Origin: Squalus acanthias
Taxonomy: Eukaryota
Direction of reading: 5' to 3'
Length of the DNA stretch: 64,000 nucleotides
Assembly (NCBI GenBank): GCA_030390025.1
Contig: CM059432.1
Coordinates: 22,384,001-22,448,000 of the forward strand
A program made the position numbers and the translations under genes. Below are positions 36,879 through 47,895 of this stretch, piece after piece. Under the pieces are notes generated by a model, which made no database searches, was not told where the DNA came from, and saw nothing but the letters and a program-made list of their open reading frames with translations. Within the stretch, counting starts at the first letter, position 1, and each line of letters begins with the position of its first letter.

Positions 36879-37828
36879 ATGGCAGCACAGCTCGGCCCCG
36901 TGGCAAGCTCCTCCTGCACTATGTGGGAATTCAGGGACACTTCGTGTGTCCCTGATGACCATGTGTGCGGGAAGTGTACCCAGCTACAGCTACTGCCAGA
37001 CCGCATTGTGGCGCTGGAGCTGCGAATGGATACATACTGAAGCATTCGCGATGCTGAGGACATCGTGGTTAGCATGTTTAATGAGTTGGTCACACCGCAG
37101 GTAAAGGCTGCACAGGCAGGAAGGGAATGGGTGACCACCAGGCAGAGTAGTAGGCGCAGGCAGGTAGTGCAGGGGTCCCCTGTGGCCATCCCCCTCTCAA
37201 ACATATATACCACTTTGGATATTGTTGAGGGAGATGGCTTACCGGGGGAAGGCAGCAGCAGCCAACTTCCTGGCACCATGGGTGGTTCTGCTGCACAGGA
37301 CGGGAGGAAAAAGAACGGGAGAGCTATAGTGATAGAGGACTCAATTGTAAGGGGAATAGATAGGCGTTTCTGCGGCCGCAAACGAGACTCCAGGATGGTA
37401 TGTTGCCTCTCTGGTGCAAGGGTCAAGGATGTCTCGGGGTGGCTGCAGGGCATTCTGATGGGGGAGGGCGAACAGCCAGTTGTCGTGGTGCATATAGGTA
37501 CCAACGATATAGGTAAAAAATGGGATGAGGTCCTAAAAGCTGAATATAGGGAGTTAGGAGGTCAATTAAAAAATAGGACCTCAAAGGTAGTAATCTCAGG
37601 ATTGCTACCAGAGCCACGTGCTAGTCAGAGTAGAAATAGAAGGATATTTCAGATGAATATGTGGCGAGAGGAATGGTGCAAGGGGGAGGGATTCAAATTC
37701 CTGGGACATTGGAACCGGTTCTGGGGGAGGTGGGATGAGTACAAACTGGACGGTTTGCATCTGGGCAGGACCGGGACGATGTCCTAGGGGAAGTGTTTGC
37801 TAGTGCTGTTGGGGAGGGTTTAAACTAA
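36879..37828 (+). pseudogene. CR1 ORF1: zinc-finger/leucine-zipper plus SGNH esterase domain
   Basis: ATG 36879; SSCTMWE...HVCGKC; in-frame TGA ~37038; IEDSIVRG, VVVHIGTND, DGLHL; frameshift near 37780. Confidence 0.88.
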
Positions 37829-37985
37829 AATGGCAGGCAGTTGGGTACCTGTGCAGGGAGACAGAGGAAAGGGAAGCAAGGATAGAAACAAAAGACAGGA
37901 AGGAGAAAAGCAAAAGTGGAAGGCAGAGAAATCAAGGGTGTAAATCAAACAGGGCTACAGTAAATAATAATTCTAAAAGGACTAA

Positions 37986-38878
37986 GGGGGAGAAATTCAG
38001 TATCGCCCCATTTGGGGCGCAATTACAGGCCGGGCGCAAAGATTAGCGCCTGGCGCTAATTATCACCACCGACTGCAAACTTGACTTTTATCGCCCCTGG
38101 AGGTGATTGGAGCACTAAATCAGGCGCTTCACACCTGTCTTAAGGCGCAAAGGCCGAGGAGCGAGGCGCTACCTCAGAGCGCTGGCGAAGCTCATGTGAT
38201 GTCAGTCAGCAATGGAACACACACACAATGGCGCAGGCTAGTTCTTAAAGGGGAGGGTTGCTCTTGCTTTCCATCCACATCCTGCTCATTGCAGCCTTGA
38301 ATCTCGGCCTGTAGAGACCTGCACATCAAATCTGCTGGAAAGAACAATGGAGAGTACCAGGGAAAGAGCTCAGAGTGCAGCCCCCACAGTCTCTTCTAAA
38401 TCGATACAAGGAAGGGCAAATCAAAATGAACCTGCAAAGTGCTGCTCAGTACCCAAAACTCCTTCACACAGCATTGAATCTCTCCAGAAGTCTCTCTCTC
38501 TCTCTCTCAGAATGCGTGGTTCAAAAATGTCACCAACAATAAAAGGCAGGAAGCGGTTGCCTTTAAATAGCACTCCCCCAGTCCCTTCCTGACTGCAAAA
38601 CGCTCCCCTCAGCTTGTCGTTGCTAGCGGCAGGCAGTAAGGCAGGAGGCGCCACTCAATATCTGCTCCGGGGCGATACCGGGGCGTTGCGCACTCGACTG
38701 ACGTCACGATCTGCCGGCGCAGGAGATTGTGGCGGTAGTGTTTAGCGCCGCCGCAAAATGTCTAGTTAATTTCGCGAGCGGCGCAAACATCGCCGCGCCC
38801 GGGCGCTAGATGCTTTCCACCTCATTAGCGCCCTCTTAAGGCGCTAATGGAAGGCGCAACCAACGGAATTTTTCCCCC
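37986..38878. mobile_element. Harbinger internal-deletion derivative (893 bp) of the 59146-type family
   Basis: GGGGGAGAAATT / AATTTTTCCCCC; TAA TSD (37983-37985, 38879-38881); both arms match ends of 59146-63325 in inverted orientation; keeps Myb start MESTRERAQ. Confidence 0.92.
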
Positions 38879-38908
38879 TAAGAGTGTTAAAAAAACAAGC
38901 CTGAAGGC

Positions 38909-39385
38909 TTGCAGCTGGGCCCCCAGGGATCGGGAGTGCCGGCAAAAGAGCCCGGCACTCAAGAGAAGTGCCGGGCTCTTGGAGCGCAGCCGGCACTTCA
39001 CGGTGGGGGGGCTTCACGGGGGCCGGGGGCAGGTGCTGGCAGGCGGCCAGCAACAAAAATGGCCGCCTGCCACCTCCGCTTTAAATATCGCCGCCCCGGC
39101 CGCACGTACGCCTCCCTGAACCCGTCGGACATAGCGTCTGGCGGTAAATCAGGGGGCGCGACTGAAGATCGCGGCCGGGGCGCGAGCGGGGTGCTGCGCA
39201 CGGCGATGACGTCATCGCCGGCGGCGCAGCGCCACAGGGCGCTACCGGCTGCCACCGCCGCTAACCTCCCACTAAATTTTTCGGGAGGCGTGGGCGGCGC
39301 TGCGCCCGGGCGTTAGCTGCTTTACGCCCCATTAGCGCCCTCTTAAGGTGCTAACGGGAGGCGCAAGCAGCTGAATTTTTCCCCC
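38909..39385. mobile_element. One-ended Harbinger MITE (GCGCC class)
   Basis: Right TIR GAATTTTTCCCCC at 39385; similar to 27040-27336; left TIR missing. Confidence 0.8.
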
Positions 39386-39386
39386 A

Positions 39387-42167
39387 TAGTGTCTTAATGC
39401 GAGGAGCATTCGTAAAAAGGTGGATGAATTAGCTGTGCAAATAGATGTAAATGGATATGACATAATTGGGATTACGGAGACATGGCTCCAGGGTGACCAA
39501 GACTGGGAATTCAACATCCAGGGGTATTCAATATTCAGGAAAGACAGGCTAAAAGGAAAAGGAGGTGGGGTAGCATTGCTGGTTAAAGAGGAGATTAACA
39601 CAATAGTAAGGAAGGATATTAGCTCTGATGATGTGGAATCTGTATGGGTTGAGCTGAGAAATACCAAGGGGCAGAAATCGTTAGTGGGAATGGTATACAG
39701 ACCCCCAAACAGTAATGCTGAGGTTAGGGATGACATTAAATGGGAAATTCGAGATGCGTGCAATAAGGGCACAGCAGTTATCATGGGTGACTTTAATCTA
39801 CATATAGATTGGGCTAACCAAATTAGTAACAATACTGTGGAGGAGGAATTTCTAGAGTGTATACGGGATGGTTTCCAATATGTTGAGGAACCAACGAGAG
39901 ATCAGGCCATCTTAGACTGGGTATTATGTAATGAGAAAGGATTAATTAGCAATCTTGTTGTGCGAGGCCCCTTGGGGAGGAGCGATCATAATATGATAGA
40001 ATTCTTCATTAAGATGGAGAGTGAAGTAGTTAACTCAGAGACTAGGGTCCTGAATTTCAATAAAGGAAACTACGATGGTATGAGGCGCAAGTTGGCTAGG
40101 ATGTTTTGGGGAGCGTTACTTAAAGGGTTGACGGTGGGTAGGCAATGGCAAACATTTAAAGATCGCATGGATAAACTACAGAATTTGTTCATCCCTGTTT
40201 GGCATAAAAATAAAACAAAAAAGGTGACTCAACTGTGGTTAACAAGGGAAATTAGAGATAGCGTAAGATCCAAGGAGAGGACATTTAAATTGGCCAGAAA
40301 AAGCAGCAAACCTGAGGGTTGGGAGCAGTTTAGGATTCAGCAAAGGAGGACAAAGGGATTAATTAAGAGGGGGAAAATAGAATATGGGAGTAAGCTTGCA
40401 GGGAACATAAAAACTGACTGTAAAAGCTTCTATAGATAAATGAAGAGAAAAAGATTGGTGAAGTCAAGCGTAGGTCCCTTGCAGTCAGAATCAGGGGAAT
40501 TTATAATGGGGAACAAAGAAAGGGCAGACCAATTAAATACATACTTTGGTTCTGTCTTCACAAAGGAGGACACAAATAACCTCCCAGAGATGTTGGGGAA
40601 CATAGGGTCTAATGAGAGGGAGGAATTGAATGAAATCAGTATTTGTAGGGAAATGGTGTTAGGGAAATTGACGGGATTGAAGACCGATAAATCCCCAGGG
40701 CCTGATAATTTACATCCTAGGGTACTTAAGGAAGTGAACCTAGAAATAGTAGATGCATTGCTGGTCATCTTCCAAAATTCTATAGACTCTGGAACAGTTC
40801 CCATGGATTGGAGGGTAGCTAATGTAACCCCACTATTTAAAAAAGGTGGTAGAGAGAAAACGGGGAATTATAGACCGGTAAGACTGACATCGGTAGTGGG
40901 GAAAATGCTAGAGTCCATTATACAAGATATAATGGCAGAGCACTTGGAAAACAGTGACAGGATCGGACAAAGTCAACATGGATTTACAAAAGACAAATCA
41001 TGCTTGAATAATCTACTGGAATTTTTTGGTAGCATAGATAAGGGAGAACCAGTGGATGTGGTGTATTTGGACTTTCAGAAGGCTTTCGATAAGGTCCCGC
41101 ATAAGAGATTAGCGTGGAAAGTTAAAGCACATGGGAATGGGGGTAAGGTACTGACTTGGATAGAAAACTGGTTGGCAGACAGGAAGCAAAGAGTTGGAAT
41201 AAATGGGTCTTTTTCCGAGTGGCAGGCAGTGACTAGTGGGGTACCGCAGGGATCGGTGCTAGGACCCCAGCTATTCACAATATATATTAATGATCTAGAC
41301 GAGGGAACTAGATGTAATATCTCCAAGTTTGCAGACGACACAAAGCTGGGTGGGCGTGTGTGCTGTGAGGAGGCTGCAGAGAAACTCCAGTATGATTTGG
41401 ACAGGTTGGGTGATTGGGCAGATGCATGGCAGATGCAGTATAATGTGGATAAATGCGAGGTTATCTACTTTGGTGGCAAAAACAGGAAGACAGATTATTA
41501 TCTGAACGGCAATAGATTGGGAAAAGTGAAAGTGCAACGAGACCTGGGTGTCCTTGTGCACCAGTCGCTGAAGGTAAGTATGCAGGTGCAGCAGGCGGTT
41601 AAGAAGGCAAATGGTATGTTGGCCTTCATAGCAAGAGGATTCGAGTACAGGAGCAAGGATGTCTTGCTGCAGTTGTACAGGGCCTTGGTGAGACCACACC
41701 TTGAGTATTGTGTGCAGTTTTGGTCGCCTTATCTGAGGAAGGATGTTCTTGCCATGGAGGGAGTGCAGCAAAGATTCACCAGACTGATACCTGAGATGGC
41801 AGGAATGATGTATGAAGAGAGATTGGGTCGATTAGGCTTATATTCGCTAGAGTTTAGAAGAATGAGAGGGGATCTCATTGAAACTTCTAAAATTCTAACA
41901 GGACTAGACAGACTAGATGCAGGAAGGATGTTCCCGATGGCGGGGGAGTCCAGAACTAGGGGTCACAGTCTAAGGATAAGGAGTAAACCATTTAGGACTG
42001 AAATGAGGAGGAATTTCTTTACCCAGAGAGTGGTGAACCTGTGGAATTCTCTACCACAGAAGGCAGTTAAGGCCAATTCATTAAATATATTCAAGAAGGA
42101 GTTAGATATATTTCTTAAGGCTAAAGGGATCAAGGGATATGGGGAGAAAGCAGGGACAGGGTACTGA
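39387..42167 (+). pseudogene. CR1 ORF2 (APE endonuclease + reverse transcriptase)
   Basis: [57 protein letters not shown]; ORFs 39420-40439 and 40440-42167 in the same frame, separated by one TAA; N-terminal region cut by two MITEs. Confidence 0.93.
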
Positions 42168-43787
42168 ATTTGGATGATCAGCTATGATCTCATTAAATGG
42201 CGGAACAGACTCGAGGGGCCGAATGACCTACTCCTGCTCCTATCTTCTCTGTTTCTATGTTTCTATGCACATCTTTACTCACACCAACTTACCTTGCACC
42301 TGCACCCATCCCTCTCTATCTACATTATCACTTCTCCATTTCATTAGCCACCCCCACACTCACCCTCAACCTACTGCAAGCATACAAACTAACATCACAC
42401 AAGGGCAGGCACCTGGGTGGTTTAGCCAATGTTCATGTGACATTTCTGTTAATGTGTTGTCAAACATTGAAATCTATATTTTCAACACTTTACCTTATTG
42501 GACAGATCTGTGCTCACCTTTGGAAGTGTCTTAGTGAGTTCCAGTGAATGTTGAGACATGACTGTCCCTGCTCCCCCCCCCCCCCCCCCCCCCGCCACCC
42601 CCCTCCACAATGTGTGTGAAAGGAATGGCTTGGACATTGTAGGGATGCTTTATGGTGCTGGTGTGTGATGGTGTCAATCTGGCGCATCATCTGGCAGCCA
42701 GAGTGTACAACGTCAAGTGAAGTAAATCTGGCCATTGTGATGCCGTCGCTAGCCTCCCTGGCAGTAATGTTGTCGGGTGCTGATGCCCTGTGTCCTGTGC
42801 AGCATCAGGTGATTGCGGAGAAGGTTGGTATTGTTATTGGTGATGTTGGTGTGCCTGGTGATGTTGGTGCTGAGGCTGATCGTGGAGGGATTCAGAGGAT
42901 CAAGGTGACATTTTTTCATGGGCACCGAGTAGATGGCAGCTGAAGTTGAGATGACAGAAGTGATCTGTCAATGGTGAGAGAGCTTGCTCCAAGGAGGGGA
43001 CAGTGGATAGAGAGTTTACTCCAAACACTTCCAAACTGCATAAAGTTCAATAGTGTCTTCCAAGTCCTGAAGGCTCAAGCTTCTGACATTGGAAAGTGAA
43101 CTGCTGTGAAATAGTAGCTTTCATACCACTTTTGCAGCGGTCACCTATTCACAGCAATGGGGAGAGATATACTTACCTGACGTGATCTCCGAACGACATG
43201 AACCCCGTTAAAAAAGGTGGGAAAATAGAAATAGGCTGGCAAAATATTAGTTAATAAGCGTTTAACAAGCATTTAACTATCTTAAATGCCTCCCCCGCCG
43301 TTTGTTGTCGGGTCTCTTCTGAAATCGCAGACCCGACACTTTGGAAACTTACATGGAGGCGGGTTTGGAGCGGGTTCCCAACCAGCTGTCAATCATTTCA
43401 ATTTTGAAAGCGGACCCGCCTCCAAACCCGCACTCTGAGTGTCGGCAAAATCGCGGCCCATGAGTCTGATCCGCAGTGTCAAAGGATTGAGTTATGACTG
43501 GAGAAACTGGAGCCTATTAGCTTTGAAAGGAGACAACTGAAAGGGGGATTATATAGAAGTGCAGAAGATGTTTAAGGGGCAGGTAAAGTTAATCCGGAGA
43601 ACTACTTCAAAGTATGCCAGGATACTAGAACAAGGTGGTATAGATTAAAGCTGGTGAAAGGGAAATTTAGGATTGACATCAGGAAGCAGTTCTTCATACA
43701 AAAAGTGATCTATACTTGAAAAGGTCTTCTTGCTAGGGTAGTTGAGGCAAAAACCTAAGACGCATTCAAGAACCAGTTAGATGATGC

Positions 43788-44128
43788 CTTTTTTAATTAG
43801 ACTGGTAAAGGTGGCACCGGGTTTTCTCAGTGTCTCCAGACAAAGAATCAGTACTACAGGGGCCCTTTTTAAGAGGCACTTCAAAAAAAATCTACCCAGG
43901 TTTAACCAAACTATTAGAGACTTAAATTAACTCATTATTTTGTTGAATCTATCTATTATTCAACGAGTATCCTGCGGTGCCCACTGGTCGGGGAAGCCCT
44001 CGAGCATACTGCTGGACACTGCATACTCCCTCTCCAGGGCCACCTGGGCGTGGACACGACTACGGAAGAGAGGCAGGCAGCCAGAGTGATCCTCCCCACG
44101 GGCTGCGCTCGTCCTGGACCTCTGAGGG
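43788..44128 (-). mobile_element. 5'-truncated Tx1/L1-like LINE 3' end
   Basis: Perfect 14-bp TSD CAGTTAGATGATGC (43774-43787, 44129-44142); short poly(A) tail; peptide CLPLFRSRVHAQVALEREYAVSSSMLEGFPDQWAPQ; lies within an old CR1 3' fragment (~43462-44220). Confidence 0.78.
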
Positions 44129-45156
44129 CAGTTAGATGATGCGATGACAGGAAATTAAGTTTTTTTTTTAATTCTAGATAGATGAGCTACAATGGGCCAG
44201 ATGGCCTTCCTCGTCTGCAGCTATCTCGCGATCTAATTATCAGTCATAATTTTACAATTCTCTCTTCCTTTACACTGTACAAAGGTTCTCTCTCTTAATT
44301 AACTGCAGTTTATGTCTTAAACCACTTAGCACTATGTGCGGTATCTAATTTGTAGAGTATTCAACTGCTTCAATACACAGTTGTAATCATGTACCTCATA
44401 TCAGCACGAACACGCAAACAGAGGCATTCTCAAACCACATCCTTTGCCAATTTAATTAGATTCTGAAGGTTTATGGCTTTATAGATTGCCAATTATGCAG
44501 AATTAGCACAGATTTAATTCCCAACATCCAGGAACAAGGCCAAGTACTGCCAGTTCTATTGAAATGTATCAATATTTTGTCACAACTTAATCAATATCTT
44601 CCTTTTGTTTTGACTGCACAGTTTGGGATGAAAAGAACAGGAAAGGGATAAAACAGGAACAATCAGTGGCTGTAATTGCTGCTTTGGAGATTCAGTGTAT
44701 TCAGAGGTAGATTGAAAGATGGTGTGAAAAGGAAACAAAAACTTTCAGCTCTGCTGGGTTCCAATGCAGCCCAGACTAATGGGCTGAAAGTATCTGTCTG
44801 CCAGCTGTAAGCATCCTAGGTAGAATGAGTTTGAGCCATTTCAATCCACTTTCTTGCAGGCATGGGTGCACAGTACAAAACTATCCTCAATCTGATGCTA
44901 ATTGGTACTAGAGCGGCATTCAGAGGCCAGAGAGTGTGGGTGTTGGGAAAATAAAATTAAGGATAGTATTAGATCCAAAGAGGAGTCATATAAAGATGCC
45001 AGAAAAAGTAGCAAGCCTGAGGATTGGGAGCAGTTTAGAGTTCAGCAAAAAAGGACCAAGAGATTGATTAAGAGGGGAAAAGTAGAGTATGAGAGTAAAC
45101 TTGCAAGGAACATAAAAGCGGATTGTAAAAGCTTCTACAAGTATGTAAAAAGAAAA

Positions 45157-47895
45157 TTGGAGTTTGGGAGACTAGACTAAAAGGTATGAAGGTGGACATA
45201 CAATGGCTAACATTCAAGGAAATAATGCATAATTTGCAACAAACATATATTCCTCTCGGGCATAAAAACCCAAAAGGAAAAGTGATCCAACCATGGCTAA
45301 CAAAATAAATTAAAGCTAGTATTAAGTCAAAGGAGGAAGCTTATAAAGTTGCCAGAAAAAGCGGTCAGCCTGAGGATTGGGATCTTTTTAGAAATCAGCA
45401 AAGGGGGACCAAGAAATTGATAAAAAAAGGGAAAATGGAATATGAGCACAAACTAGCGAAAAATATAAAAAACGGATTGTAAAAGCTTCTACAGGTATGT
45501 GAAAAGGAAAAGACTGGCGAAGGTAAATGTAGGTCCTTTACAGTCAGAGACGGGAGAATTTATAATGGGGAATGAGGAAATGGCTGAGAAATTAAATAAA
45601 TACTTTGTATTTAAAGGGGACCTCTTCCTGTCTTTTATTGTTGGTGGCATTTTTGAACTACGCATTCTGAGAGAGAGAGGGAGAGACTTCTGGAGAGATT
45701 CAACGTTGTGGGAAGGAGTTTTGGGTACTGAGCAGCACTTTGCAGGTTCATTTTGATTTGCCATTCCTTGTATCGATTTAGCAGAGACTGTGGGAGCTGC
45801 ACTCTGAGCTCTTTGCCTGTTACTCTCCATTGTTCTTTCCAGCACATTTGATGTGCAAGTCTCTCCAGGCCGAGATTCAAGGCTGCAATGAACAGGATGT
45901 GCATGGAAAGCAAGATTAACCATCCCCTTTAAGAACTGGCCCGTGCCATTGTGTGTGTGTTTCATTGCTGACTGACATTACATGAGCTTCGCCAGCGCTC
46001 TGAGTTAGCGCCTCACTCCTTGGCCTTTGCGCCTTAAGACAGGTGTGCAGCGCCTGCTTTAGCGCTCCACTCACCTCCCGGGGCGGTAAAAGTGAAGTTT
46101 CCTGTCAGTGCCGATAATTAGCGCCAGGCGCTAATATTTGCGTCCAGACGATATTTGCGCCCCAAATGGGGCGCGACCTAATTTCTACCCCTTTGTTTCT
46201 GTATTCACAGAGGAAGACACAAAAATCCTCCCAGAAATACAAGAAAACCAAGGGTGTGGTGAGAATGAGGAACTTAAAGAAATTATTATTAGTAAAAAAA
46301 CAGTAATAGCAAAATTAATGGGACTAAAAGTTGATAAATCCCAAGGACCGGATGACCTACCTCCTAGGGATTTGAAACAGGTGGCCATTGGGATAGTGGA
46401 CGCATCGGTTGTCATCTTCCAAAATTCTATAGATTCTGGAACGGTTCCTGCAGATTAGAGGATAGCAAATGTAACGCCGCTATTTAAGAAAGGAGGGAAA
46501 GAGAAAACAGGGAACTACAGACCTGTTAGCCTCACATCAGTAGTTGGGAAAATGCTGGAATCTATTATAAAGGATGCAATAACTGGGCACTTAGAAACTA
46601 ATAGTAAGATTGGGCAGAGTCAACATGGATTTATGAAAGGGAAATCCTGTTTAACAAACCTATTGGAGTTCTTTGAGGATGTAACTAGTGGAGTAGACAA
46701 AGGGGAACCGGTAGATGTGGTGTATTTGGATTTTCAGAAGGCCTTCAATAAGGTCCCACACAAGAGGTTGGTGAACATAATTAGGGCACATGGAATTGGG
46801 GGTAATATACTAGCATGGATTGAGAATTGGCTAACAGACAGAAAACAAAGAGTAGGGATAAACGGGTCTTTTTCAGGATGGCAGGTTGTGACTAGTGGGG
46901 TACCGCAAGGATCGGTGCTTGGGCCCCAGCTATTCACAATCTATATCAATGATTTGGATGAGGGGACTAAATGTAACATTTCCAAATTTGCTGATGATAC
47001 AAAGCTAGGTGGCAGTGTCAGTTGTGAAGAGGATGTGAAGAGGCTTCAAGGGGATCTCGACAGGCTCAGTGAGTGGGCGAGAACATGGCAGATGGAATAT
47101 AATGTGAAGTTATCCACTTTGGTAGAAAAAACAGAAAGGCAGAGTATTTCCTAAATGGTGAAAGATTGGGGAATGCAGATGCTAAAAGGGACTTGGATGT
47201 CCTTGTACATGAGTCACTGAAAGTGAATGTGCAGGTGCAGCAAGCCATTAGGAAGGCAAATGGTATGCTGGCCTTCATTACAAGAGGATTTGAGTACAGG
47301 AGTAAAGAAGTCTTACTCCAATTATATAGGGCCTTGGTGAGACCACACCTGGAGTACTGTGTACAATTTTGGTCTCCTTACCTAAGGAAAGATATACTTG
47401 CCATAGAGGGAGTGCAATGAAGGTTCACGAGATTGCTTCCTGGGATGGCAGGACTGTCGTATGAGAAGAGATTGAGTAAACTAGGCCTGTATTCTCTTGA
47501 ATTCAGAAGAATGAGAGGGGATCTCATTGAAGCATAAAAAATTATTACAGGGCTTGATAGGGTGGATGCTGGGAGAATGTTTCCCTTGGCTGGGGAGTCG
47601 AGAACCAGGGGCCACAGCCTCAGGATAAAGGGTAGGCCATTCAGGACTAAGATGAGAAGAGGGTGGTGAATCTTTGGAATTCTCTACCCCAGAGGGCTGT
47701 GGAGGCTCAGTCATTGGGTATATTCAAAACAGAAGTCGATAGATTTCTGACTAGTAAGGGCATCAAGGGATATGGTGATAGGTCCGGTGAATGGAGTTGA
47801 GGCAGAAGATCAGCCAGGATCTCATTGAATGGCGGAGCAGGCTCGAGGGGCCGAATGGCCTACTCCTGCTCCTATTGCTTATGTTCTTATGTTCT
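45157..47895 (+). mobile_element. 5'-truncated CR1 (inner), nested in the outer CR1 in the same orientation
   Basis: RT motifs in ORFs 46552-47154 and 47166-47420; (TTCTTATG)n tail ending ~47895. Confidence 0.88.
45608..46191. mobile_element. One-ended Harbinger deletion derivative, same subfamily as 37986-38878
   Basis: Right TIR AATTTCTACCCC; right ~200 bp nearly identical to 63130-63325; same internal junction as 37986 copy; left ~300 bp absent. Confidence 0.88.

Larger units (their letters stand above)
36623..42267 (+). mobile_element. Full-length CR1 LINE (5' UTR, ORF1, ORF2, tail)
   Basis: ORF1 and ORF2 as listed below; (TTTCTATG)n tail ending ~42267; TGCACAT at both junctions. Confidence 0.92.
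36069..43458. mobile_element. Non-autonomous Harbinger element (CCCGCC class) with Myb exon-1 remnant, hosting a full-length CR1
   Basis: 18-bp TIRs GGCCGCGATTTCGCCGAC / GTCGGCAAAATCGCGGCC (17/18); flanks CGT / CAT; remnant EVLFPSHGWNRPPQEINRAWLHIAKE...FNDL at ~36378-36520. Confidence 0.85.

Noticed and set aside
36851..37504. 217-aa minus-strand ORF
   Set aside because: Antisense of CR1 ORF1.
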